A stretch of 64,000 nucleotides of DNA from Mobula hypostoma (lineage: Eukaryota). Positions 50,200-60,438 of the stretch are shown piece after piece. The stretch spans positions 61,878,001 through 61,942,000 of the forward strand of contig NC_086097.1 of NCBI RefSeq assembly GCF_963921235.1, in the 5' to 3' direction. Within the stretch, counting starts at the first letter, position 1, and every line of letters begins with the position of its first letter. The notes under the pieces are model-generated. The model saw nothing but the letters and a program-made list of their open reading frames with translations. It searched no databases and was not told the origin of the DNA. The translations under genes and the position numbers were made by a program.

Positions 50200-51260
50200 T
50201 ATTTATCAATCAGCTGATTGGCCATCATTACAGAAACTCAATTGTGATATAAAGAGGAAGTCTCACCGCTGACTGTTTATGCGGCAAACTCTGTGTGTTG
50301 TAGTCAGGAATTTTGCCCGCATTGGCATGTTAATAGGGTTGAGATCTGCATGTATGTTTACAGAATTGTTCACGGAAAACCATGGCTTTCGGAATTCTAG
50401 TGCATGCCGTGTGTTTGCTTGCAACATGACTTTCACTGATGCCCAGTCGAATTTGTGCCCCTCTTGATCTATATGGGTAGAGACAAGGGAGAATTGGTCA
50501 TGTCGCTTGAGAGCCAGTTGATCTTCTTGGATCCCTGTAGGTAGTTTTCTCCCAGTTGAGCTAATATTTGCTGCAGTCCCCGCATTGGATTTTTTTAGAC
50601 CACATTGGTCTTGTCCAATATTTTAGTTTGTTCTTTTGGTCTGCAAAGTACTCTGCTCAATGTTGGCTTATGTGCGACTGAAATTCTAAGTTCTTGGAGC
50701 AGTCAGGCTGACATTTCTGAAATATTTCAAATGTCTGGAAGGATAACCCATTTGGTGTTTTCTTGGTTGGTACATTGTTGATGTCATAGGCATCTTGGTA
50801 TGGAGTTCTGTGGGTATCCATTTCAAGCGAATACTTTAAAGCGATGTCTCTCCTCTTTATCCTTTAGCTTCTCGATGCTACAGTGTGTCTCAGCTCTTTG
50901 GAACAAAGTTTTGAAACAGCTTTTCTAGTGTGCATTTGGATGGTTGCTGTGATAATTTAGAAACAGATCTGTATGTGTTCACTTACAATAAACGGAAGTT
51001 TCCAAAATGCCAGCTATGTTTCTACTGCCAAGCATACCAAGAATGCTAGTTTCTTTTTCAGTTTCTATTTCCATTGTGAACTTAGAATCATTGAACATAT
51101 CATTGATTAGTTTGTAAGTTCTTCCAATTTTGCAGTGTTTTACTATGACAAATATATCATCAATGTAATGTACCCAAATTTCTGGGTTTATAATTTGTCA
51201 CACTGTCTTTTCTAACTATTGCATGATGACCTTTGCTATGAATCCAGAGATGGATTTTTC
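50200..51260 (-). pseudogene. Penelope-like element relic: RT and GIY-YIG endonuclease
   Basis: Manual minus translation with stops: ISGFIAKVIMQ, WVHYIDDIFVI, KFTMEIE, THTDLFLNYHSNHP, KTLFQRAETHCS, KIQCGDCSKY, GHKFDWASVKV. Confidence 0.8.
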
Positions 51261-53754
51261 AAATTATTCCCTCCATTCTCTCAGGTTCAGCTTTGACTTT
51301 GTTAATCAATGGGACTGATATATGCCTCATTGTGGTCAGAGAGGAGGGCGTCACTCCTGGTCTCATTTGGATAAAGCACCCTTCTTTCAGTACCCCCAGT
51401 GCTGTGAAAAACTCTGGTTACTTCTCCTGCCACTGAACATAGTTTAGAGAATCCAACCTTGCAATGAGATTTAGCTTCTCGATGGCATGTCATGCCAGTA
51501 ATGGTGAGAGAGATTTTAAACAACATAGGCATTTTCTTTTAACTGTCTCTCATTTTTATGGATAGAAATAGTAAACATTCCCTTCACACTGAGCTTATGT
51601 TTCATTTTATGCACTTTTTTGTTGGGTTTAGCGAATTACTTGCTTTGTTTGCCAATTTTGTGAACAGACAAATGGGGATGGCTGTGACATTTGCCCCAGT
51701 GTCCATTTTGAACATCTCTGCCTCATTTTGCAACTGAACCGTAGTACACCAACCTTGTCTATTTGAATCCAGGTCCCCAAGGAAAGTTCTCTCTTAATCT
51801 GAGTCATGGTCTTTTTTGACCTCCTGAGGAAATGATTTTGAGTGACACTGACTTTTATAATGGGCAACTCTATTGCATTGCTGGCATTTCATTTCTTTTG
51901 CTGGAATGGGCTCTTTGACGTGGAATAGAGACTTGCCACTTCTCTTGCAGTCAGACATTTTACCTGCTATTGTTTTGCTTGTCTGTTTTCAGTGAGCTGA
52001 GCTCTACTGTCTGCTCTTTCTGTAGTCCTGCCTGCACCTTGTTTCCTCTCATATATTGCCTTTTGCTTTCCTGTGAAATATTCTTTGAATTTGTTTGGCA
52101 CTCTTTTTTTCCATACATCTGTCAGTCCTATCCGCCCATGTTTTCATCTGCTTTATCCCCCATGCCAGTATATCAGTGCGCTTACCTGATGCTCTTCTGA
52201 AGCCTGAGTGAGATAGCTTGCAACTCTAAATCTCTCAAAGTGTCTGAGCCATCTCTCAAAGACCCTTGGTTTAGAGAAATTAGATGCCTCGAGGGCTTTA
52301 CGAGGATGTAGGTACTACAGGTGTCTGCTCCATTCTCCTGATTGTTTATTTATTTATTATTTTATTTATTTGGACTACAAAAGGTTTCATTTCTCTCCTT
52401 GAGAGCTTGACTGATTTCTCTGACTTCTCTGCTGTGTCTGTGTCTCTGTGCACTTCCCCAGGCCAGTGGCCCGCAAATTATTACAATGTGTCTATTTCTG
52501 GGTGTAGCTCAAAGGCATTACCTGGCAAGCCTGGCCAGTTCTCAGCCTCATGGTGCATACAATTAGCAGTTAGCATGGGCAGTTTGGGTTGATAAGTCTC
52601 TGGATATTTTGCATAGATATATGTGGACAAGAACAGTCTTACTATAAATTCTTTCTTGTTGGGTATCTCTCTTAGTCTCTAGCACCAATTCATTGATGAT
52701 CAACCACCTCTGACATCACGTTGTGTTCATTATAAGGGATAGTGCAGAGGACACAGGATATTCAACTGAACTTTATTGATAATGCTGCTTGTACAGTAGA
52801 TGAACTCCTCCCAGCTGGGACTGGCTAACTGAGTGACAAACAAATTCCATTATTAACTACCAAAACACAATCTGAGAGCAAAGTGTTGGAGGAACTACAT
52901 ACCAGTCATCCTGGTGTGGTTAAAATAAAAGTGTTGGCTTGAAGCTTTTTCCGGTGGCATGGAATAAATCGGCAGATCGAGCAGCATCCCATGTACTGCA
53001 TGGGACGTCAACTCGTCCGGAAGATGCCAAAAGTTGTGCATCTCTATCCCTGGTTTGGCCTGCATTACTCTGGCAGTGGATTCATGTGGACTTTGACATA
53101 CCATACATGAGCACAAATTTCTTGGTAGTAGTGAAAAAAAACTGTGATAGAAATAGCAATGAAGAATCCTTCTACACCTGAGTGCAAAGGTATTCCTGAG
53201 TCTCCACCTGGAACTTGCATGACTGACAGTAGTGAAAACCAAGCTGCTAAAATGATGAAGGAAGCCCTGAATGCTGCCAGAGATAGAGGACCTTCATTGC
53301 TGCCGTAAGCACCAGCAGTGTAATGGGCAGTAGGTAGGCCTCGTTGTGATGAATAGTATACAGTGCCAGCTGTGAGCCCTTATACTGGTCTTTGTAAAGA
53401 AAAGTTTGAATAAAGCTGAGATGTATATCTCACAACAGTTATCAGGGCTTTGACTCTAGATTAGAATTCAGCACACCACTATCTCAAGCTCCGGACGGTG
53501 CTTTAAAGCTTCATTGTCCAAGCTGATCGCATGCTGATCCCCCACACAAAATTGTTTCCATCTGCCTCTCCATAATGTTGCTGTTTCCATCCTTGTCTCA
53601 GTCCATTTGCTGCTGAAATTCTCAAATATTGCTTTGGTCTTATTAGACTTACCTCATGGTCTGCTTGCTCTGGAAAATACAGCCATACCCGCTGCCCTAG
53701 TTTCATCACACAAGATGCCTTACCCACATCCCAATTCTGACCTTACTTTTGTTT

Positions 53755-54047
53755 CATTTACTTAGAGATGGAGTGTGGAACAGGCCTGTCAGGCCCACTG
53801 ACTAGCACCGCTCAGCAACCCAGCTGTTTAACCCCAGCCTAATCACAGGACAATTTACAATGACCAACTAACCTACTAACCGATACGTCTTTGGACTACG
53901 GGAGGAAATTGGAGCACCCGATGGAATCCCACGCACACACAGAAAAAATGTACAAACTTTCTTACAGAGGACGCTGGAATTGAACTCCGAATCTGATGCA
54001 CCGAGCTGTAATAGTGTCATGCTAACTGCTACGTTACTGTGGTGTGC
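53755..54047 (-). mobile_element. tRNA-derived V-domain SINE (HE1-like)
   Basis: Minus strand: A-box-like TAGCAGTTAGC, B-box GAGTTCAATTCC, V-domain-like GGGTGCTCCAATTTCCTCCC. Confidence 0.8.
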
Positions 54048-55701
54048 TATGTTACTTACTTGTGTTGACATTCTGTCCCTCAGTGTTTCCAATTTAAAAT
54101 TTTCATTTTCACCTTTAAATGAACTTTAGTCTACCAAACTCTATAAATGGCAGCAGTGTGCAACTCCCAGAGCTTGATTATATCTCCTGTTAAGACTATG
54201 TCAAACCCTCTGCCTCTCCCACCGTTCTTCAAAACATTCTGCAGAACCCAACCCTTTGGTCATCCCTAATATATCCTCCCTGCCTTGGAATCCACCTTAT
54301 CCAGAGGGATTCACTGTCTAGGGATGTTGTTTCTATGTTAGAGGTACTACATAGATGTTCTTATATCCCTGTGAAGCTGAAGATCAGAAGGGGTCAGACT
54401 TGAGTTTTTTTCTGCACTGCCTCTGAAACCTTAATGTCTCCAATGACTTACTCTCAAAACGAGATCCAGTATAGTCAAACCCGTACATTCTGCAGGTTAC
54501 ATGATATTCTCCACCATTAAACAAAATTGATTTTGTGGCCTCAGCTTGCTGTTAGCTTGCTTTTGACTGCCGCTGTACCATGAAAGAATATCATGGATGC
54601 TGGATCGAATATCCTCACACAGATATCCTTCAATTTCACCGGTAGCTCCTTCAAACCATTTATGCATTTCCAATCTTAATTTGCAAGGGACAATATCACA
54701 TTAACCTATATAAAATTTCACCCCCTTTGTTTCATTCACATCCAGGTTTCATCCCAATCTTCATGTCCTTCCCTTGTACATTGTTTCACCTCCAATTAAG
54801 AAGTTTAAAGCATTTGGTCACACTCCTAATATTTCTCATATGCCTTGTTACGTACCCCGTAACTGGGTTGCCAAACCAGCAGAAATGGATCACTCAGTTG
54901 GAGTCTGGAGTACTAGAACTAAGAAAGTTTTATTAAAGAAACGAGCAACACAGTAATCGAAAGGATAATAAATGCAACAGTTCAGCGATGATAAACGCAC
55001 ATGTGCACAGAATTAAGATAACAGCATCAATCAAGCTCTATCGTTGTCTAGGGGTAAATGACCAAATTTCAAAATGACTCAAAGTTCAGTCCAGTTCAGT
55101 TCACAGTAATCGTTGCCATGGCAATGGACAACGTGGGGGAAGAGAGAGATAGAACAGGAACAACTGATCATTCAGAACACTGTTTCACTCACAGACCAGC
55201 GAGATGGCTCACAAACAGCTTTTGGGCGGGTCCTTGGTGATGTCACCTGAGGTCACCGACTGTGACCCCTCCTCCAGATGCGGTCGATCCTCTGCAGTGA
55301 ACCCGGCACCCAGGCAAGGGCGGACACACACCGGGTTCCCGCTGATCGTACCTTTCCACCCTTGTCGTTGTCTGATACATCTCACCCACTCGTGAGAGGC
55401 GCACCGCTTCCAGGGTCTCGTTACCTCGGGTGGCGTGTGTGTCCTGCCTTAGCGAACCTGTCTCTTTTTATCCCCCTGCTGGGGTATCGCCTGTCCATCA
55501 CTTCAAACAGTTCAGGGTTCAAAGGGGGGAGCCGCTCCAGACAGCTCTCCCTCCCACATCCCTTCATTACACATCTCCAGACGCTGCTCCATTGTTCCTT
55601 ATCTCTCCTTCCCCTGAGGGCAGGTGGCAGACCAACTGCTGATGCCACTGATGCTAGCCCAGGCCAGCAAACATCTTAATTTTATGTGTATTCTCGTAAC
55701 A

Positions 55702-55713
55702 CTTCCCCCCTTT
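55702..55713 (-). promoter_or_regulatory. Polypurine tract
   Basis: AAAGGGGGGAAG immediately before the 3' LTR. Confidence 0.9.
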
Positions 55714-55873
55714 AAGGATTTTTACCGGGAGGTAAAAATTACAAACATGACTACATTATCTGATACATACACAATATACATCTTTATCAGCTATTTGGCT
55801 AATACAGAGAATTTGAAGCTGTCAACACCTTGACAGACAGTCATCACATTTTCTGTTCCTTTTACACGTGTTA

Positions 55874-58582
55874 TTAATAATCCCTTAGACCAGGCTCCAA
55901 CTCAGCAAACTTCATAGTGGCCAAAAACACTGATGAATTGCGACCAATGTAACCTCTCATTTGGTTTTGTCCCGGACCACAATAACAAGGGTCGTCCCAT
56001 TCCGACTCAATTTTCTCTCGCAAGGGCTTAGTAGGAGGGGGACGGGTATTGACCGCAGAGTTATTGCAAAACTTCCTGCAGTACCCCACCATCTCCAAGA
56101 GCCTTCTGAGGGCCCTCTTGTCTGTCGGGGTTGGGAGGACAGCGATAGCCTGCACTGTAGCTTGCATCACTGCCAGCTGCCCCTGTGTCACCACAATTCC
56201 CAGGTAAGTGACCCTCGTGTGGCCGAATTCATTTTTTTCAAGGTTCACTATCAAACTGGCTTCAGACAGCCGTATTAAATTGCCAATACACACCTCTGTG
56301 GTCATCAGCCCTTTAGTCACTGAATTACTCAATATATATGAGTGTTCTTTACTGGGCTGCCCTATTGTAACAGACATAACCCAACGTCCCAGTTCTTTGC
56401 ATTTCCTCGGGACAATCAAACACATAGGTGCGAGTCGTTTAATTACTCCTTCTAAAGATTCACTTTGTTCGGGGATTAAGGGAGAGACCTTATCAGTAGA
56501 CCTGGCCAAAACAATAGCCTTCTCCCATCTGACCGATCCCATCCTAATCTTTTCAAAATGGTTCTTTTCTCTTATCAGGGGGCCCCTAGCTTCATTGATT
56601 TCCACGCTAACACCGACTAGGTTTGTTAGCATATCAAAAGCCGGTGACCGTCTCAGTTCGCGTCGGTCATGATCAATAACATTTTTCCCCCTGGGCAGCC
56701 GGTAAATCTCTTTCATGATTCCACCAACTGTTTCCTCCAGCACCGCAAAATGTCCACCGGGGGGTACCTCATGGGCCATGTTAAAAACCTTATCCCCATA
56801 ACTCTTTTGCACCACCCCCCATTCCTCATCTGCGGGTACTGTACTTGATTTCCCTTTCTTCCTTAGCACTTCCTCCTCCACACAATAGCTTGTCAAGGCT
56901 GTGTCAGAGAGAGCGGTCTCTGCCAAAACCATCAGCCCCTCGTCTCGCTCCTGCGTCTGCACAAATTCTTTCCTGGCTACTGCTACATCTGTCCCAGCTC
57001 CCTCACTACCTCTTATCTCACTACACCCTGTCTCATACAAGGTTGACAGAAATGTTTCAGCCAAATTCACCATCGGGGGCCCGCGATGAACCTGTGAGTC
57101 CATGGGCCGGGCCTCAATGCTGGCAGGTTGACCCGTCAGTCTCACGACTGGGAACACGATTCCTCCGGCGATGTCATTACCGAGCAAGACTTCCACGTCT
57201 TTCATCGGTAATTCGGACCTCACCCCGATCGTGACTAGTCCAGAGACCAGGTTGCTCTGTAAGTGTATCTGGTGCACAGGGACTGACTCTGTCCCTTCCC
57301 CAACACCTTTGACCTCTACCTCCCCAGTCTGGGTCTCTGAGCTAAACTCTAATACACTCTTCAGTATTAGTGACTGACACGCTCCCGTGTCTCTCCAGAT
57401 CCGCACTGGAACTGGTTTTAACCCCTCCTTCACTGACACCAGTCCGGCCGAGATAAACCTCTCGCGCCCTTCCTGGACTTTTTCAGACCTGTCCTTCCCT
57501 AGCGGTTCACTTAACAGCTCGATACAGCCATTCCAAATTTCCGCTTTTCCTTTCCCCGTCTCCTTCCTTGGGGCAAAGCACCTGGACGCAAAGTGTCCGA
57601 CTTTCCCACAATTATAACAGACAACCCCAGGAGACTTCCTACCAGACTGCTCCCGGTCTACCTTATCCTTTTCACTAGTCCCCGGCTTACTTTCTGACTT
57701 TTCCGGCGGACTCTCCCCTCCGTCCTGACTACCCTTCTGGTAGCCTTTACTCGGGGCAAACTTCATTTTATGCGTCAACGCATACTCATCCGCTAACTTA
57801 GCAGTTGCGGCTAACGTGGCTGCCTCTTTCTCATCGAGGTAGGGTCTCATACCCTCAGGGACACAACCTTTAAACTGCTCAATCAGAATCAGCTGCAGCA
57901 GTCTGTCATAATCCCCCTCTACCCCTTTCGAGGCGCACCAACGCTCACAATATGTCTGCATCTCACGAGCAAACTCCAAATACGTGCGGTCCCACCGCTT
58001 CCTCGCATTCCGGAACCTCTGCCGGTATGCCTCCGGGACCAACTCATAAATCCTGAGGATGGCCTCTTTCACCACCTCATACTTCTGGGCATCTTCCGCG
58101 GATAAAGCGGAGTAAGCTTCTTGGGCCTTCCCTTTCAGTACACTCTGAAGTAAAACAACCCACTTATCCCTCAGCCAGTCCTGACTTATAGCCACCTTTT
58201 CGAAGTGGAGGAAGTACCGATCCACGTCGGTATCGTCAAAAGGGGGAACCAGCCTTACCTCCTGGGTCGCCCGGAACCCTCCACCTTGGTTCGGCACGAG
58301 CCCCTGCTCGGCCCTTATCTTTAACTTCTCCAGCTCAAATTCCCTTTCCCTCTGTTTCTCCTCTCTCTCCAACTGTCTGTCCCTCTCTTTCTCTTCTCTC
58401 TCCATCTGTCTGTCCCTCTCTTTCTCTTCTCTCTCCATCTGTCTGTCCCTCTCTTTCTCTTCGTGTTCTAACTGCCGTACCCGGAACTCGTGCTCGAGTC
58501 TCAGTTTTTCAAGCTGTACCTGTACCGCGTCTCCAGCAGGTTTTTCAATAGACACCTCCCCCAGCTCACCTTGGGGAAACAC
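55874..58582 (-). CDS. SCAN-domain Gag, CCHC zinc knuckle, aspartic protease and degenerate Pol relic (902 aa; true start probably ATG 58748 with a frameshift near 58611)
   Basis: PEAYRQRFR..LILIEQF..AKLADEY (SCAN-like, aa ~182-270), CYNCGKVGHFASRC (aa 322-335), RDTGA..LLGND (protease), then integrase-Zn, RT and RNase H relics in that order. Confidence 0.88.
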   Translation of the reverse strand: MFPQGELGEVSIEKPAGDAVQVQLEKLRLEHEFRVRQLEHEEKERDRQMEREEKERDRQMEREEKERDRQLEREEKQREREFELEKLKIRAEQGLVPNQGGGFRATQEVRLVPPFDDTDVDRYFLHFEKVAISQDWLRDKWVVLLQSVLKGKAQEAYSALSAEDAQKYEVVKEAILRIYELVPEAYRQRFRNARKRWDRTYLEFAREMQTYCERWCASKGVEGDYDRLLQLILIEQFKGCVPEGMRPYLDEKEAATLAATAKLADEYALTHKMKFAPSKGYQKGSQDGGESPPEKSESKPGTSEKDKVDREQSGRKSPGVVCYNCGKVGHFASRCFAPRKETGKGKAEIWNGCIELLSEPLGKDRSEKVQEGRERFISAGLVSVKEGLKPVPVRIWRDTGACQSLILKSVLEFSSETQTGEVEVKGVGEGTESVPVHQIHLQSNLVSGLVTIGVRSELPMKDVEVLLGNDIAGGIVFPVVRLTGQPASIEARPMDSQVHRGPPMVNLAETFLSTLYETGCSEIRGSEGAGTDVAVARKEFVQTQERDEGLMVLAETALSDTALTSYCVEEEVLRKKGKSSTVPADEEWGVVQKSYGDKVFNMAHEVPPGGHFAVLEETVGGIMKEIYRLPRGKNVIDHDRRELRRSPAFDMLTNLVGVSVEINEARGPLIREKNHFEKIRMGSVRWEKAIVLARSTDKVSPLIPEQSESLEGVIKRLAPMCLIVPRKCKELGRWVMSVTIGQPSKEHSYILSNSVTKGLMTTEVCIGNLIRLSEASLIVNLEKNEFGHTRVTYLGIVVTQGQLAVMQATVQAIAVLPTPTDKRALRRLLEMVGYCRKFCNNSAVNTRPPPTKPLREKIESEWDDPCYCGPGQNQMRGYIGRNSSVFLATMKFAELEPGLRDY
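58361..58463 (-). repeat. 33-bp coding tandem repeat x3 (EEKERDRQMER) in the Gag coiled-coil
   Basis: Visible in both DNA and translation. Confidence 0.9.
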
Positions 58583-58824
58583 TCCTTTAGATACATAGTG
58601 CTCTACAATAGCTGTGTATCTCCTCTCTCCTCATTGTCGACTTCACCTTGGCAAGATTCACCCGTTTGGCCACAGCTATCAATTCCGATTTCCTGGCATC
58701 TTCTAATGCCTCCAAGGTCGGCGCCTTTATAAATTCCTCAACCTCCATTTCTGCTGTTTGTCTTTTCTTTCTTTCGGGAATTTTAACCCAATCAATTTAC
58801 TCCGTCCCAAATTTAGCGTTCAAA

Positions 58825-58843
58825 ATCCCGGACGAGAACCCCA
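58825..58843 (-). promoter_or_regulatory. Primer-binding site, tRNA-Pro type
   Basis: TGGGGTTCTCGTCCGGGAT versus canonical TGGGGGCTCGTCCGGGAT, 4 nt after the 5' LTR. Confidence 0.88.
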
Positions 58844-60132
58844 CTTATGTTACGTACCCCGTAACTGGGTTGCCAAACCAGCAGAAATGGATCACTCAGT
58901 TGGAGTCTGGAGTACTAGAACTAAGAAAGTTTTATTAAAGAAACGAGCAACACAGTAATCGAAAGGATAATAAATGCAACAGTTCAGCGATGATAAACGC
59001 ACATGTGCACAGAATTAAGATAACAGCATCAATCAAGCTCTATCGTTGTCTAGGGGTAAATGACCAAATTTCAAAATGACTCAAAGTTCAGTCCAGTTCA
59101 GTTCGCAGTAATCGTTGCCATGGCGAGGGACATCGTGGGGGGAGAGAGAGATAGAATAGGAACAACTGATCATTCAGACACGGCTTCACTCACAGACCAG
59201 CGAGATGGCTCACAAACAGCTTTTGGGCGGGTCCTTGGTGATGTCACCTGAGGTCACCGACTGTGACCCCTCCTCCAGATGCGGTCGATCCTCTGCAGTG
59301 AACCCGGCACCCAGGCAAGGGCGGACACACACCGGGTTCCCGCTGATCGTACCTTTCCCCCCTTGTCGTTGTCTGATACTTCTCACCCACTCGTGAGAGG
59401 CGCACCGCTTCCAGGGTCTCGTTACCTCGGGTGGCGTGTGTGTGCTGCCTTAGCGAACCTGTCCCTTTTTATCCCCCTGCTGGGGTATCGCCTGTCCATC
59501 ACTTCAAACAGTTCAGGGTTCAAAGGGGGGAGCCGCTCCAGACAGCTCTCCCTCCCACATCCCTTCATTACACATCTCCAGACGCTGCTCCATTGTTCCT
59601 TATCTCTCCTTCCCCTGAGGGCAGGTGGCAGACCAACTGCTGATGCCACTGATGCTAGCCCAGGCCAGCAAACATCTTAATTTTATGTGTATTCTCGTAA
59701 CAGCCTTTATAACAATGGAAGAGAATATTGTGCGCATCAAATCTATGATGGCTTTTGGAACATTCTCATCAGCCCTTTTCCACATTTACCTTCCCGCAGC
59801 CTAATCTTTCCCTTATGGCCATCAACACCCTCCTGGTTTTCCTGTCATCTCTTAATTGTATTTGTCTGCAGAAATTAAGCAGACAGGGAGAAATGCTCCT
59901 TGTATGTCTAAGAATACTCAGATAAATACAATTCACCCATGGCAATACCGTGTTTTAAATCCTTTAAGCTTGTCCTGGAACTCCATCTCATTGATAATAG
60001 CCATTAAGCCAAGTTGCATTAACCCTGAGAATGAAGGTCATGTTGCCAATGCCTCCCCGAGTGAGCGTTGGGAAAGGAAAATCACAAAGTGCATTAACTA
60101 TTTACTTTGACCATCAGATTTTTTCAGGTCAG

Positions 60133-60438
60133 TATTTATTTATGAATTTGTGACACAGTGTGAGGTAGGCCATTCTGCCCCTTGAGCTCTGCTGTCCCAG
60201 CAACCCCTCAAACCTGATTAACCCTAATCTAATCATGGAAGATTTACAATGACCAGTTAACCTACCCAGTATATCTTTGGACTGTGGGAGGAAACCAGAG
60301 CACCCGGGGACAACGCATGCATTCCACAGGGAGGACGAAAGAGATTCTTTACAGAATGGTTTCGGAGTTGAACTCTGAACTAGGAAAGGCCCTGAGCTGT
60401 AGCAGCGTCACACTACCCACAATGCTACTGTGCTGCCC
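60133..60438 (-). mobile_element. tRNA-derived V-domain SINE (HE1-like), second copy
   Basis: Homologous to 53755-54047; GAGTTCAACTCC B box; CCGGGTGCTCTGGTTTCCTCCCACA. Confidence 0.8.

Larger units (their letters stand above)
41165..52867 (-). mobile_element. Gypsy element B with short paired LTRs (41165-41327 and 52719-52867), nested in Gypsy A integrase
   Basis: Direct repeats share GGATATTCAACTGAACTTTA and TGGCTAACTGAGTGACA; flanks CAAAC/CAATC; PBS-like TGATGTCAGAGGTGG at 52704-52718 (resembles the tRNA-Leu PBS TGGTGTCAGAAGTGG); PPT at 41329-41342; pol relics KLDANSGFWQI, CHMDNILIFG, WKPVAYESR..AQIEKE. Confidence 0.82.
33803..53140 (+). mobile_element. Gypsy element A (degenerate), fragmented by nested insertions
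   Basis: LTR 33803-34051; gag with knuckle KCNKVGHIQRAC (~34890); protease region to 35522; RT 39862-40600 (VRICGNIK, YLDDVIVT); RNase H (ACDASPYG, FTLITDHQPLV); integrase start 41018-41164 resuming at 52873. No 3' LTR recognised. Confidence 0.8.
54846..59702 (-). mobile_element. Complete-structure, non-autonomous Gmr1-like Gypsy LTR retrotransposon
   Basis: LTRs 58848-59702 (5') and 54846-55701 (3'), TG..CA, about 13 differences by eye; TSD GCCT (54842-54845, 59703-59706); PBS and PPT present. Confidence 0.95.

Noticed and set aside
53960..54047. tRNA gene (also ~60350-60438)
   Set aside because: The A/B boxes belong to SINE heads; no cloverleaf is evident.
55874..58582. Domesticated host SCAN zinc-finger gene
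   Set aside because: Flanked by near-identical LTRs, TSD, PBS and PPT, and lacks C2H2 fingers; it is a retrotransposon ORF.
59750..59776. Hammerhead-like CTGATGAGAATGTTCCAAAA on minus (also CTGATGATAACGAAG near 61024-61038)
   Set aside because: The required GAAA and the stem I/III pairing are absent.
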